Notes: generated by a model not told the origin, from the sequence alone. Numbered from the stretch's first letter, positions 26,116-35,851 are shown. The stretch: DNA of 64,000 bases from Noviherbaspirillum sp. (GCF_035654295.1 NZ_DASRXF010000016.1:10663-74662); one strand, 5' to 3'. Numbers and translations: made by a program.

Positions 26116-27390
26116 ATGGAGAAATTCAAACGGGCCGTCGTAATGGCGGTTGGATCGGGAGGAGACGTGGCTCCCCTCGCTGCCGTCGCAGCGAAGCTGG
26201 CCGCCCACGGCATGGAGACGACGCTGATGGCACCGCAGCGATACCGGCACCTCACGGCGGGAACAGCGGTGCAATTTCAATCGATCGGGGCGGACGACGT
26301 CTTCGAGGAGGTTTTCGGCAGCGCAGATGTATGGAGTGCGACCAAAGGGCTGGAGGCTTCGTGGCGATATTATGGCGCGGCGATGTGCACCGGATTGCGC
26401 GTCTTGCGCCAGGGCTGGCATGCCGCCGATACCATCCTGGTAAGTTCGTCGTTCGCCGTTGCGGCCCGTTTGGCCGAGGAAATCGACGCGTACCGGAATA
26501 CCACTGTCCATTTGTCGCCATCGATTGTGTTTTCGGCCCACAGGCCGCCAAAGTGGCCTGTGGTTTCCATCCCGCAGCACTGGCCCTTGCGGCTAAAGCG
26601 CATGATGATTGCCGCGGCTGAACGAATCGCCACCGATCGTGTGATCGGCTCGCATGTGAACACGTTTCGCTCGGAACTTGGCTTGCCGCCGGTTCGGAAT
26701 CTGTTTTCGCAATGGATCCACTCTCCACGGCGTGTGATCTATGCGTTTCCCCGCTGGTTCGCGCAGGCGGCACCGGATTGGCCGGCTCAGGGGGCATTCG
26801 CCGGATTCCCGAGGTGCATGCAGCATCAGCGCGCTCTCCCCGTGGCACTGGAAGCATTCCTTCGACGCGGGACCGGGCCGGTCATGGTCATTACGGCGGG
26901 TACGGCCGTCGCTTCGCGGCCACGTTGGGTGGAGCGGCTTACAGCCTTCGCTGTTACGCAGGGTGCCAGGGTAGTCGTCATCGAGCCGGATGCGCAGGGG
27001 GACGAGATCTCGCCCGCCGTGCACAGGACGCCCTTTGCACCATTTGACCTGCTCCTGCCGCGTGTGCAACTGATCGCTCACCATGCCGGCATCGGCACCA
27101 TGGCAGAAGCCCTGCGCGCGGGATTGCCACAACTGTTGGTGCCAAGCGCGCACGACCAGCCGGACAACGCCTGGCGTCTGCAACACCTCGGGATTGGACA
27201 TAGTCTGCGCCCTGCCCCCACCCCGAATGACCTTACGCGCGCCTGGAATTGGGCACTAGGTAACAGCGCCCTTCGGCCGGTGTTGGACGAGGTGCAGGAC
27301 AGGATCACGCAAGACGAAGAAGGGGCCGGCCGCATCGCAGAAATGGTGATCGACACGTTCCGGGTACCCGGCTTGCCAGGCAAGACCTAG
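26116..27390 (+). CDS. GT1-family glycosyltransferase (MGT/RhlB-like)
   Basis: 424 aa. N-terminal GSGGDVAPLAAVA and C-terminal HHAGIGTMAEALRAGLPQLLVPSAHDQPDNA match the UDP-glycosyltransferase signature region. Confidence 0.8.
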   Translation: MEKFKRAVVMAVGSGGDVAPLAAVAAKLAAHGMETTLMAPQRYRHLTAGTAVQFQSIGADDVFEEVFGSADVWSATKGLEASWRYYGAAMCTGLRVLRQGWHAADTILVSSSFAVAARLAEEIDAYRNTTVHLSPSIVFSAHRPPKWPVVSIPQHWPLRLKRMMIAAAERIATDRVIGSHVNTFRSELGLPPVRNLFSQWIHSPRRVIYAFPRWFAQAAPDWPAQGAFAGFPRCMQHQRALPVALEAFLRRGTGPVMVITAGTAVASRPRWVERLTAFAVTQGARVVVIEPDAQGDEISPAVHRTPFAPFDLLLPRVQLIAHHAGIGTMAEALRAGLPQLLVPSAHDQPDNAWRLQHLGIGHSLRPAPTPNDLTRAWNWALGNSALRPVLDEVQDRITQDEEGAGRIAEMVIDTFRVPGLPGKT

Positions 27391-27395
27391 TTCAT

Positions 27396-27464
27396 AGGCT
27401 GGGATGCAATCCCGGCACTGTTTAACCATCATGACGATAGCTGGGATTTCATCCCAGTCTACCG
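27396..27464. repeat. 70-bp double-hairpin intergenic repeat, copy A
   Basis: GCTGGGAT-gca-ATCCCGGC at 27398-27416 and GCTGGGAT-ttc-ATCCCAGT at 27440-27458. About 80% identical to copy B at 31979-32044 in the same orientation. Confidence 0.8.
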
Positions 27465-27720
27465 AGATGTATGATGGCTTTTGGCCGGTTTCGACCAGCG
27501 CTGCGCTCAGCCGCTCAATTGATGCGCAAGCCGAACACCGGCTCCGGGCCGGCATGCTGGCCGAACTCAATCCCAGGTTGAGCTATGGCGGCCGCCTGTG
27601 GCAGAGAGCAAACGTCGATTAGCGCGACCATGACGCGGGAAAGTTGGTGAAAAGAATCCGACATCGCCCTCGTCTATGCGTCTTTGCAGGAGTACACAAG
27701 TCTTGCGCTTCCTGGCAAAA

Positions 27721-28188
27721 ATGGCACTACGTATGCCGAAGCTGGCGATCGCTGCATTGTTGTTGGCGCTGGCGGGTTTGGCCGGCACCATGAGCTATGC
27801 CGGGTATCTTGTTGTCGGCGTCGTTGCAAACCATCTCGGTACTGGCCGTGTGATGGCAGGCCTGTTGCTTGGAGTGCTGTTTGCGAGGCTGCCGTGGGCA
27901 CGCGAAGGGAAATGGCGCAGCATTGGTCTGTTACCGAAGCGGGCTCGGCTGCCAGTACTGCTTGCCTTGCTTGCCTTCTGCTTGCTCAGCTATCTCTACC
28001 GTGGCGAACTGCTGCCCACGCTGGTTCTGGGTTTCGCCATGACATTTCTACTCACGTATCGAAGGATGAGACAGCTGGTTATTAGCCGGGCGATATCGTC
28101 TCTCTTCAAATTTTCGCCTGACCCAAAACATCCAAAGAGCACCGATGACGCAGTCATTGATGTCGAATTCCGAGAAAAGAAAGACTAA
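27721..28188 (+). CDS. Hypothetical integral membrane protein (155 aa, about 4 TM helices)
   Basis: ATG 27721. Four hydrophobic stretches (LAIAALLLALAGLAG, VMAGLLLGVLFA, LPVLLALLAFCLLSYL, LVLGFAMTFLL). A decayed second copy lies at 30061-30268. Confidence 0.6.
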   Translation: MALRMPKLAIAALLLALAGLAGTMSYAGYLVVGVVANHLGTGRVMAGLLLGVLFARLPWAREGKWRSIGLLPKRARLPVLLALLAFCLLSYLYRGELLPTLVLGFAMTFLLTYRRMRQLVISRAISSLFKFSPDPKHPKSTDDAVIDVEFREKKD

Positions 28189-28251
28189 GCGTCTGAATTC
28201 CGCCGTAGGTGAAGACGCGATTCGTGGAGCGGGTACTGGTAAGGCCCGCAG

Positions 28252-29862
28252 CTAGGTGAGACGAAGCACGTTATCGGTGCGTGCCGTTGCCTTGTCATCG
28301 AGTTTGAAGACGCCCACCGCAGCCGACAACCTGCCGGCCTGGTCCCGCATCGCACTCGCCGCCGCCGCGGCCTCCTCCACCAGGGAAGCATTTTGCTGGG
28401 TTACATGATCCATGTGGGAGATCGCCACATGCACTTGTTCAATGCCGGATTGCTGCTCGCCGCTTGCCATGGCGATTTCGCTGACGATTTCGCTCACCCG
28501 CCTCACCTGCTCGACGACCTGGTGCATCTTGGAACCGGCGTGGTCGACCAGCTTGCTCCCCAATTCCACCTTGTCGACGGAACCGGAAATCAGCACATGG
28601 ATATCCTTGGCAGCGGCGGCAGAGCGTTGCGCGAGGTTGCGCACCTCAGAGGCCACCACCGCGAACCCCTTGCCTTGCTCGCCGGCCCGCGCCGCTTCGA
28701 CCGCGGCGTTAAGCGCGAGAATATTGGTCTGGAAGGCGATCCCCTCGATGACGCCGATGATGTCGGCCATTTTTTTCGATGAGGTATGAATAGCCGTCAT
28801 TGTCTCGACCACCTGCGACATCGCGGCTTCGCCCTCGGCGGCCACATCCGACGCGGATGACGCGATCTGGTTGGCGTGCCGCGCATTGTCGGCATTCTGT
28901 TTCACCGTGCTCGTCAGTTCTTCCATCGACGACGCGGTCTCCTCAAGCGAGGCGGCCTGCTGCTCGGTGCGGGACGACAAGTCCAGATTGCCCGCAGCGA
29001 TCTGGTTTGAGGCTGTGGCAATCACATCGCTTCCGGTATGCACTTCACCGACAATGCGGGCCAGGTTGTCCCGCATCTGCTTGATCGCGTACATCAGGCT
29101 GTCCTCGTCTCCCGGCCGGACGTCGACGCTCACCGACAGGTCCCCTTGCGCGATCGCATTGGCGATTTCTTTGGCTTTCACCGGCTCGCCGCCAAGCTGG
29201 TGGCGGATACTGCCCGCGATGACCGCGGCAACGCCTATACTGAAAAGCATGGCCAGCGCACCCGAAACAATCAGCAAGCGCTGCGAAGCACTCGCCATGT
29301 CCTCGATATCGTTGCGCATCGTCGTGATCGATGCTGCCTGATACGCCGTCAGTTTACCGATGCCGGCGACATAGTTATTGAGCGCCGGTTCAAGCGTCGA
29401 TTGAACGAGGCGGCGGGCATTCTCCTCGCTGCTGCGCTTTTCCTTGAACACTTCATCGCGCGCCGCAATGTAAGCACTCCTCAGCGCCGCAATCTCGGCA
29501 AACAAGGGCTTTTCTTCCGCGTTCTGGTTAAAAGTGTCCAGTTGCTTCTGTATCGCGGAAATTCTGGCGCTTGTTTCCTTGATCTTCTTTTGAACCTGCT
29601 CCTGGCGCGCGGCGTCGTCCGATTCCGCCACCGCGATCGTGCGAGCGCCGTTGAGATTGGTGCTCGCCGCCCACTCCGCTACCAGCCGCTCTTTCGCCAT
29701 CACTTCATCGACCATCCGTTCGACGGCATTCTTGGCACCGTGCAGACGCAACGAAGCAAAACCGACGATGAGCACTAACATCAGCAAAGAGAAAGAAAAT
29801 CCAATTGCCAACCGTGTACCGACCGTTGTTCTGTCAAGCTTCATATTTGCCTTTTGATCCAT
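28252..29862 (-). CDS. Methyl-accepting chemotaxis protein
   Basis: N-terminal TM helix plus sensor, HAMP, and the conserved signalling region [28 protein letters not shown] ... [24 protein letters not shown]. Confidence 0.93.
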   Translation of the reverse strand: MDQKANMKLDRTTVGTRLAIGFSFSLLMLVLIVGFASLRLHGAKNAVERMVDEVMAKERLVAEWAASTNLNGARTIAVAESDDAARQEQVQKKIKETSARISAIQKQLDTFNQNAEEKPLFAEIAALRSAYIAARDEVFKEKRSSEENARRLVQSTLEPALNNYVAGIGKLTAYQAASITTMRNDIEDMASASQRLLIVSGALAMLFSIGVAAVIAGSIRHQLGGEPVKAKEIANAIAQGDLSVSVDVRPGDEDSLMYAIKQMRDNLARIVGEVHTGSDVIATASNQIAAGNLDLSSRTEQQAASLEETASSMEELTSTVKQNADNARHANQIASSASDVAAEGEAAMSQVVETMTAIHTSSKKMADIIGVIEGIAFQTNILALNAAVEAARAGEQGKGFAVVASEVRNLAQRSAAAAKDIHVLISGSVDKVELGSKLVDHAGSKMHQVVEQVRRVSEIVSEIAMASGEQQSGIEQVHVAISHMDHVTQQNASLVEEAAAAASAMRDQAGRLSAAVGVFKLDDKATARTDNVLRLT

Positions 29863-30060
29863 TGCGTTGACGCCAATAATGCCTTGCTGGCAATTCCCCT
29901 ACAGCAACAATAGGTATTCAGTTGCCATTTTTCCTTGACGTAAATCAACATGCTGCACGTCGAAAAGTGTGTTGACGCTGAACAATGTTCAGAGTTCCCG
30001 TTTCGGTCCGGGAGGAACGACTCGAGCCGGAAGAAGGTCCGATCGCGGCAGTTGTGCCTC

Positions 30061-30268
30061 GTGTGGCAGAGAGCGAAGTTTGATGAGCGCGGCCATGACG
30101 CGGGGGAGTAGGCCTGGTGCTCTTGCGTTCTGCTTGCTGAGCTATCTCTCCTGGCCCAACACATCGAAAGAGCACCGATGGCGGAGTCATTGATGTTGAA
30201 GTGCGAGAAAGGAAAGACTAAAAGTCAGAATTCCGCCGTAGGTGAAGACGCGATTCGAGCAAGCGGCC
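30061..30268 (+). pseudogene. Decayed partial copy of the 27.6-28.2 kb membrane-protein locus
   Basis: Three collinear blocks match 27598-27648, 27961-28010 and 28121-28236 at roughly 75-85% identity, with the intervening sequence deleted. No intact ORF. Confidence 0.7.
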
Positions 30269-30341
30269 CGAAGCCGTCATTGCCGCTTCCTCAAAGCAGT
30301 CATCGGAACTCGCTCGCGCGACAAGTTAAATTGGCTCGGCT

Positions 30342-30647
30342 TCATTCAACCTTTTCCTCGAATTTGTTTAGCTCTTGGATCACGGATCGATTGTTTTTAT
30401 AACGCCTTTTAAGCGCAGCCAGCCGTCTATCCGTTCCAGAACAGAAGATATCTAAGCTATCGATGATGAAGGTGCGTCGCTCAATTTGTTCTGGACTGTC
30501 TCCCTCGTAGGGTTCGCAGCGAAAGTGGTCACATGTGTTTCGTTCCGCGATGAATTCCTTGACCTCTTTCGGCAGCGGTTTTGGTCCAGCTTCCGCAACG
30601 GCGAAAACTGAGAATAAACCAAGAAGTATCAGCGCTCTCATTGCCAT
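30342..30647 (-). CDS. Small secreted protein (about 101 aa, 4 Cys), hypothetical
   Basis: Signal-peptide-like MAMRALILLGLFSVFAVAEA. AT-rich gene. Start is ATG 30647 or 30641. Confidence 0.5.
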   Translation of the reverse strand: MAMRALILLGLFSVFAVAEAGPKPLPKEVKEFIAERNTCDHFRCEPYEGDSPEQIERRTFIIDSLDIFCSGTDRRLAALKRRYKNNRSVIQELNKFEEKVE

Positions 30648-30867
30648 ATAGTACAGAGCTGACCGATACAAGTGTACGTGTACAGTGACAATTTAAACAC
30701 TGTGCAGGTTTTCATACGTGCAGCGATAAATTTCGCTTAATGGACTGAGATGTCCTGCGAGCCGATAAATAAAAGTCATTCTCATCGTTGTTTGTATCGA
30801 GTACGAGAGGAATGCCTTGAGAGCATTGTATTGGTCCAGTCAAGGCAATCCTGGCCAGGATGACCTG

Positions 30868-31830
30868 CTATTCAAACTGCCACGCCTTTACGTAGTTGAT
30901 TTCAAAAGCGTTGGACTCACCTGTCGGGGTGGTGTCATCCGGATCGCCGCTGGCACTGCCGAACCAGAGGTCCAGTATAGGAAATAGCGGATCTGTTATC
31001 GAAGCCTGCAGCGAATAGACTTCCTTGCCATCGAAGTAGAAGGTCGCTTTATCGGGCTCCCATTTGAGGCCGTAACGATGAAACCCGGCAGACAGGTCAG
31101 GCGTTGCAACCTTTGAATAGCCGGCCCTGTCTCCCCGGTCGATCCACACCACCGGCGCGTACATCATTGGAACGGGAATACCGTCCTCGCCGGGCGCCCC
31201 CCACGGAGCGGCTCCGCCCGGGTACGCTTCGAGAATATCGATCTCGGGCCGCCGGCCATCTTGATAGCCAAGCAGCCAGAATGCAGGCCATACGCCTTTG
31301 CCTTTGGGGAGCTTGGCTTCCATTTCAAAGTATCCGTATTGCTGCGAAAAGCGGCCGTCGGTATCGAAGGTGCGGTTAAAGAATTTACCGTTCGTCCCAC
31401 GTTCGGGCCAGATCTTGAGCGTGCCGTCCTTTACGGCGTAATTGGTTACCGCAATATCGGCGTCCGTGCGCTCGGTGTTCCAGATGCTGCGGTCAAGGCC
31501 GGCGTCGAAGCTGTCGTGGAAAGTGAGCCTGTAGCCGCTGGGATCTTGTCCCGTAGGGCCGCCTGACGCGAGGAGAGTTGCCGGGTATAAGGAGGAAGTG
31601 TGGGAAGCTTGAGGCGAGCTGGAGTTTGCGGTTGAAGCAGATGCAGGAGGGGCTGCTTGTGGCGGACTGTCGGTTGTTCCCGATACTACGCCTGCATGCG
31701 TTAGCGTCGATGAAGTGTCGGGAGCCGATGCCGCTCCGCTTTCAACTGAGGTACCGCCGCATGCTACGAGTAATCCGGCAACTGCCGCAGAGATCAGATA
31801 GGTGTTTACTCTCGAATTAGGTTCAATCAT
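30868..31830 (-). CDS. Glycoside hydrolase family 16 lipoprotein (beta-glucanase-like)
   Basis: Lipobox LLVACGG, a Ser/Pro-rich linker, and the GH16 catalytic motif EIDILE preceded by GVWPAFWLLG. Confidence 0.85.
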   Translation of the reverse strand: MIEPNSRVNTYLISAAVAGLLVACGGTSVESGAASAPDTSSTLTHAGVVSGTTDSPPQAAPPASASTANSSSPQASHTSSLYPATLLASGGPTGQDPSGYRLTFHDSFDAGLDRSIWNTERTDADIAVTNYAVKDGTLKIWPERGTNGKFFNRTFDTDGRFSQQYGYFEMEAKLPKGKGVWPAFWLLGYQDGRRPEIDILEAYPGGAAPWGAPGEDGIPVPMMYAPVVWIDRGDRAGYSKVATPDLSAGFHRYGLKWEPDKATFYFDGKEVYSLQASITDPLFPILDLWFGSASGDPDDTTPTGESNAFEINYVKAWQFE

Positions 31831-31978
31831 TAGAACTTCTCCATTGTAAAAAATGGTAGTTCGAGAGACTCAACTCCTCATAGTTCCGGCAATAGTTCTA
31901 TGTTTTCCTATAACTTTTGCTATTACGATTCGAAAAAATCGATATGGAACTTGCTGGCAGTTGCGATGCAGAGTTCGC

Positions 31979-32044
31979 AGGCTGGGATGTAATCCCAGCA
32001 TGTTTGCCCATTTTCGATAGCTGAGATTGCGTCCCAGCCTACCG
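31979..32044. repeat. 70-bp double-hairpin intergenic repeat, copy B
   Basis: Perfect 8-bp stem GCTGGGAT-gta-ATCCCAGC at 31981-31999 plus a degenerate second hairpin. Collinear with copy A. Confidence 0.8.
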
Positions 32045-32065
32045 CGTTTGCAGTCTCCTCTCAGA

Positions 32066-33211
32066 TCATCGCGTGATGCCGAGCTGGACGCGCTTCTTCT
32101 CCTTGAACGTGTACAGGGTCAGCGTCCCGTTCCTGACATCGCCCTTCGGGTCGAATGCAATCCGTCCCGTAAGGCCGTCGTATTCGAGCGTCGCGAGCTG
32201 CCCCAGGTACTTTGCGGGATCCGTTGAACCCGCCTTGCGCATGGATTCCACCATCACCATGACGGCGTCGTATGCATAGGGCGCGTACAGCTGCACGTCC
32301 GAGCCGTAGCGTTTGCGATAGGCCGTCCTGAACGCGTCGACCTTTGTCTTGTGCTTGTCTTCGATCCCGCCGGCCTCGGCACAGGTCACAAGCCCTTCAC
32401 CGATCGCGTCGCCCGCCAGTTGCAGCATGCTTTCGGTGCACACGCCATCGCCGCCCATGAACTTCGCGCCAATGCCCAGCGATTTCATCTGGCGCAGCAT
32501 GGGGCCGCCGACGGCGTCCATGCCGCCGTAGAAGATCAGGTCCGGCTTTTTCGACTTGACCGCGGTCAGGATGGCGTTGAAGTCGGTTGCCTTGTCATTG
32601 GTGAATTCCCTGGTGACGATTTCACTTCCGCCCTTGGCGCGCACAGCCTTCACGAACTCGTCAGCCACCCCCTGGCCGTAGGCAGTGCGGTCGTCGATCA
32701 CCGCGATGCGCTTCGCCTTCACGGTGTCGACCGCGTAGCGCCCGAGCACGCTTCCCAGTTGCGCGTCGTTGGCCACGAGCCGGAACGCGGTTTTGTATCC
32801 CTGCTGGGTGTAACGAGGATTGGTTGCCGATGGAGAAATCTGTGGAATGCCCGCGTCACTGTAGATCTTGGCAGCGGGGATCGTCGTCCCCGATGTGACA
32901 TGTCCGATGACGCCGTTTACTTTTGCATCGGCCAGCTTTTGCGCGGCGGCGGTACCGAGCCGGGGGTCGGCGCCATCATCCTCCGACATCAGCTCGAACC
33001 GCACATTCCTGCCGCCAATCACAGGTTTTGCCGCATTCAGCTCCTCGATCGCCATGCGTGCACCGTTCTCATTGTCCTTGCCAATGTGTGCAATCGGGCC
33101 GGACAGGGGCCCGGCGTGGCCGATGCGCACGACCACCTCTTGCGCCTGTGTTGCGGCGGCGCCCGTCGCCAGGACAATAGCTGCCCCCGCCAGATACCTG
33201 CGTGAATTCAT
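32066..33211 (-). CDS. Branched-chain amino acid ABC transporter substrate-binding protein (LivJ/K family)
   Basis: Signal peptide followed by the type-I periplasmic binding fold pattern VRIGHAGPLSGPIAHIGKDNENGARMAIEELN. ATG 33211 is preferred over TTG 33220. Confidence 0.85.
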   Translation of the reverse strand: MNSRRYLAGAAIVLATGAAATQAQEVVVRIGHAGPLSGPIAHIGKDNENGARMAIEELNAAKPVIGGRNVRFELMSEDDGADPRLGTAAAQKLADAKVNGVIGHVTSGTTIPAAKIYSDAGIPQISPSATNPRYTQQGYKTAFRLVANDAQLGSVLGRYAVDTVKAKRIAVIDDRTAYGQGVADEFVKAVRAKGGSEIVTREFTNDKATDFNAILTAVKSKKPDLIFYGGMDAVGGPMLRQMKSLGIGAKFMGGDGVCTESMLQLAGDAIGEGLVTCAEAGGIEDKHKTKVDAFRTAYRKRYGSDVQLYAPYAYDAVMVMVESMRKAGSTDPAKYLGQLATLEYDGLTGRIAFDPKGDVRNGTLTLYTFKEKKRVQLGITR

Positions 33212-33428
33212 TCGCTCCAACTCCTAAAGTGTTGATGTCTGCTGCTTCTCTTATTGCGTGAGCCTCTAACTTGCCCGAGCTGAATGAATTGCCCGGCATG
33301 TTTTGTACGCATCGGTACATTAAGGGTGAACAGAGAAAGTGTCAAGCGGTGGTCATGCACCGACGACTTTCTCTATACACTGCGGGCATCGGAAATGGCG
33401 CTCAGAACCAACGGGAGCGGGTGCAGAC

Positions 33429-33452
33429 GCCGGCCCCGCGTTAGGGGCCGGG
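33429..33452 (-). terminator. GC-rich hairpin downstream of the 33470 gene
   Basis: Perfect 9-bp stem GCCGGCCCC/GGGGCCGGC with a 6-nt loop, 18 nt after the stop codon. No U-tract, so terminator function is uncertain. Confidence 0.35.
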
Positions 33453-33469
33453 CAAGACAAACAACCGCG

Positions 33470-34021
33470 CTAGCGGCCGCGCTGCGACATTTTCCCCAGT
33501 GCGATGGCAAGTGCGGCACCGCCCAGTGCTTTGACCAGGGTCGGGTTCTGCGCATAGAAGCGGCTCATCTGGTCGATCACGCCGGGATTCTCGCGTTCGG
33601 CATGCATGGCGAGTTCCTGGAATTCATCCGGGCTCATCCGTTCCACGTCTTCGGGGCGCACGTTCATCTGCTGTTGCCCCATCGCGCCGCCGAGCAGCCC
33701 GCCGAGCATGCCGCCTCCGCCTACGCCACGGTTCAGGAATGAGCCGATGACCGCGGGGCCGAGCGCACCGAGAAGCTGGTTCATCATGCCTGCGCGCTGT
33801 TGCGTGTCCGCCTGGCCGAAGAGTTGCCCTACCATATTGGGAAACGGCGGCGTCTGGTTGGAGCGAAATGCCTCGCTCAGTCCGTCGGCGAGTTCGTCAT
33901 GATGCGACGATTGCGCCACCTGGTCGAAGTGTTGCTCAACATCGTTCGGCGGCTGGGTGGGGTTGGCACCACCGCCGTACTGTTCAAGAATACGTCCAAT
34001 ATCGAAACCTAGTCCCATCAT
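33470..34021 (-). CDS. Hypothetical Gly/Gln-rich protein (183 aa)
   Basis: AAGGAG lies before ATG 34021. No domain recognised. Confidence 0.6.
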   Translation of the reverse strand: MMGLGFDIGRILEQYGGGANPTQPPNDVEQHFDQVAQSSHHDELADGLSEAFRSNQTPPFPNMVGQLFGQADTQQRAGMMNQLLGALGPAVIGSFLNRGVGGGGMLGGLLGGAMGQQQMNVRPEDVERMSPDEFQELAMHAERENPGVIDQMSRFYAQNPTLVKALGGAALAIALGKMSQRGR

Positions 34022-34116
34022 GCTCTCCTTTGTACACGGGCCGCCTGAGCGGCCCAATGTAGGAAGCGGATATGGGAATGAAGTTCCTTGATCGTTTGCG
34101 CAGGGAAAGGCGGCGT

Positions 34117-35478
34117 TCAGGGGAGGTAATCCGGCGCTGGGCCGAATCCCGACTCCTGGGTGGCGAGCGTCGCGGCCTGGCTTCTGAGGCCGTCGAATAT
34201 CCGCTCAGCCACTTGAACCGGAAAATCGCCGGGCAGTTGCGCCGCGACGTCGTCGATCACTTTCGGAGTGCGATCGATGAAATGCCGGATGGTCTCCTCG
34301 AAGTCCGCTCCGAGCGCGTTGACTTTCGCGAGCGCGTTCCAGTGCCGCCGGCGGATTTCGCATATCTTGTAATGGACATTGCCGGTGCGCACGGCCATTG
34401 CCAGTTTTACTTTCGGCCACTGGAACATGTTCGGGGCATCCCCGATGGCAGGCCAGGCCGACAGGATGTCGTAGAGTGGCGTCATGCGAAAGGCATCGCC
34501 GCGATCGATGAAGATGCTGAAATTCTTGGCATGTCCGTCGGGGGCGGCAAGCAGCCAGAAGAGCAGCTGTGCGGCAAGGAAGTTGCGGCGGTCTTCGAGG
34601 GCGCGCGAACTGCCGCGCAGGCGGTCCAGGATAGCCGCCATTCCGGGGCCGCCCATGCTCTCGTACTTGCTTGTCGCCGGTTGGCCGAGCGCCTGGCAGA
34701 AGTCTTCCTGCGGCAGCCGGATGATCCAGTCCTGCTGGACAAGACGATCGAAGCGTTCAACAACGAGTACGGTATGGCGACCGAACCGGCGGATTTCGCT
34801 TGGCGCAACGGGCAGGCCATATGCCTCTGCAATCCGTGCGCACAGCCATTCGTTTTCCACCGACGTCGAGAAGTCGGCCTGCGCGGTTCCAACGATGCCG
34901 AGGGGAAGCTTCAGTATATGTGTCGTCGGGGTGGCACCGTGAGGCCGGCACCACTTGCCGCCATGCCAAAGCAATGCCGTCTTTTCCTGGGCACCGGCGA
35001 TCGAGATCCGTAGTTCATCGTCTTGCGGACCGCCGGGTGCGGCAGGCGATATCGTCCCATCCAGCAATCGCTCGACCTGTTCGTCCGTCAAGGGTTCAGC
35101 GTCAATGCGCCGCACTTGCGGCGGCTCCGATCCGGCGGGAAGCAGCATGACCGAACCGACGCAGTCGCGCCCGATCTTCTCCAGGACGTCAAAAGCGCCG
35201 GTGGAGGCCGCACCGAATTTCTGCGCAAGGCGCCGGCGGATATCGGCGCTGTCGGGCAGCAGGTTGTCGAAGTAACTGGATACGATCGGACCGGTGATGG
35301 CGGCCGTGCCGACGGCCAGCGGCATGGACAGCGAGAGAGGACGTTTGCTGGGGCTTGCAAGCCAGGATGCTTCGTAGGCGAAGCTCTCCCCGGCGCGTGG
35401 TGCCAGCGTCCATTTGCCGACCAGCTCGCCGTTCATCCAGACGTCAAGGACGCGCTTCGCAGAGGGGCGGCCGGCCAC
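34117..35478 (-). CDS. hipA: HipA-family serine/threonine kinase toxin
   Basis: GTG 35478 overlaps the hipB stop by 1 nt. HipA motifs are VWMNGELVG, SIAGAQEKTAL and the catalytic loop APDGHAKNFSIF. The longer track ORF (to 35880) runs through hipB and is rejected. Confidence 0.9.
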   Translation of the reverse strand: MAGRPSAKRVLDVWMNGELVGKWTLAPRAGESFAYEASWLASPSKRPLSLSMPLAVGTAAITGPIVSSYFDNLLPDSADIRRRLAQKFGAASTGAFDVLEKIGRDCVGSVMLLPAGSEPPQVRRIDAEPLTDEQVERLLDGTISPAAPGGPQDDELRISIAGAQEKTALLWHGGKWCRPHGATPTTHILKLPLGIVGTAQADFSTSVENEWLCARIAEAYGLPVAPSEIRRFGRHTVLVVERFDRLVQQDWIIRLPQEDFCQALGQPATSKYESMGGPGMAAILDRLRGSSRALEDRRNFLAAQLLFWLLAAPDGHAKNFSIFIDRGDAFRMTPLYDILSAWPAIGDAPNMFQWPKVKLAMAVRTGNVHYKICEIRRRHWNALAKVNALGADFEETIRHFIDRTPKVIDDVAAQLPGDFPVQVAERIFDGLRSQAATLATQESGFGPAPDYLP

Positions 35479-35738
35479 TACCAGCCCTCCCCTTCGTTTG
35501 GCGGCGATACGCCTGGATCGTCGCGATCCACGGCATGAAATTCCGCACCCAGTGCCATCATGATGGTCAGGAGGGAGTCGAAACGCACTTTCTCCGGCGC
35601 GCTCTCGATCTTCGCAATCCGTTCCTGGGACAAGCCGATCCTGGCCCCGAGCTGTTCCTGCGACCAGCCCCGCGCCCGCCGGAGGGATTTCAGATACGGG
35701 CCCAACTGGCCGGACGTGCGAATCGGTGAGGAAGTCAT
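35478..35738 (-). CDS. hipB: HipB-like XRE-family HTH antitoxin
   Basis: ATG 35738 is preceded by GGAG. HTH LRRARGWSQEQLGARIGLSQERIAKIE is present. Immediately upstream of hipA. Confidence 0.88.
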   Translation of the reverse strand: MTSSPIRTSGQLGPYLKSLRRARGWSQEQLGARIGLSQERIAKIESAPEKVRFDSLLTIMMALGAEFHAVDRDDPGVSPPNEGEGW

Positions 35739-35750
35739 GGCGCGCTCCAA

Positions 35751-35851
35751 TTATTCTTCCAGAGGAATAAAACCAGTTTATTCCGTGAAAAGAATAAGGA
35801 GAAGATATTCTTTTTTGGGAATAAATACAAGTTATTCCGATAAAAGCATAA
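35751..35851. promoter_or_regulatory. Four phased palindromic operators TTATTC-N8-GAATAA upstream of hipBA
   Basis: Sites at 35751-35770, 35778-35797, 35805-35824 (aTATTC) and 35832-35851 (GcATAA). Centre-to-centre spacing is exactly 27 bp. Confidence 0.8.

Noticed and set aside
27404-27622. 72-aa plus-strand ORF between the glycosyltransferase and membrane-protein genes
   Set aside because: It starts inside the 70-bp hairpin repeat, has no RBS, and part of its sequence is duplicated as non-coding DNA at 30.06 kb. It is most likely non-coding.
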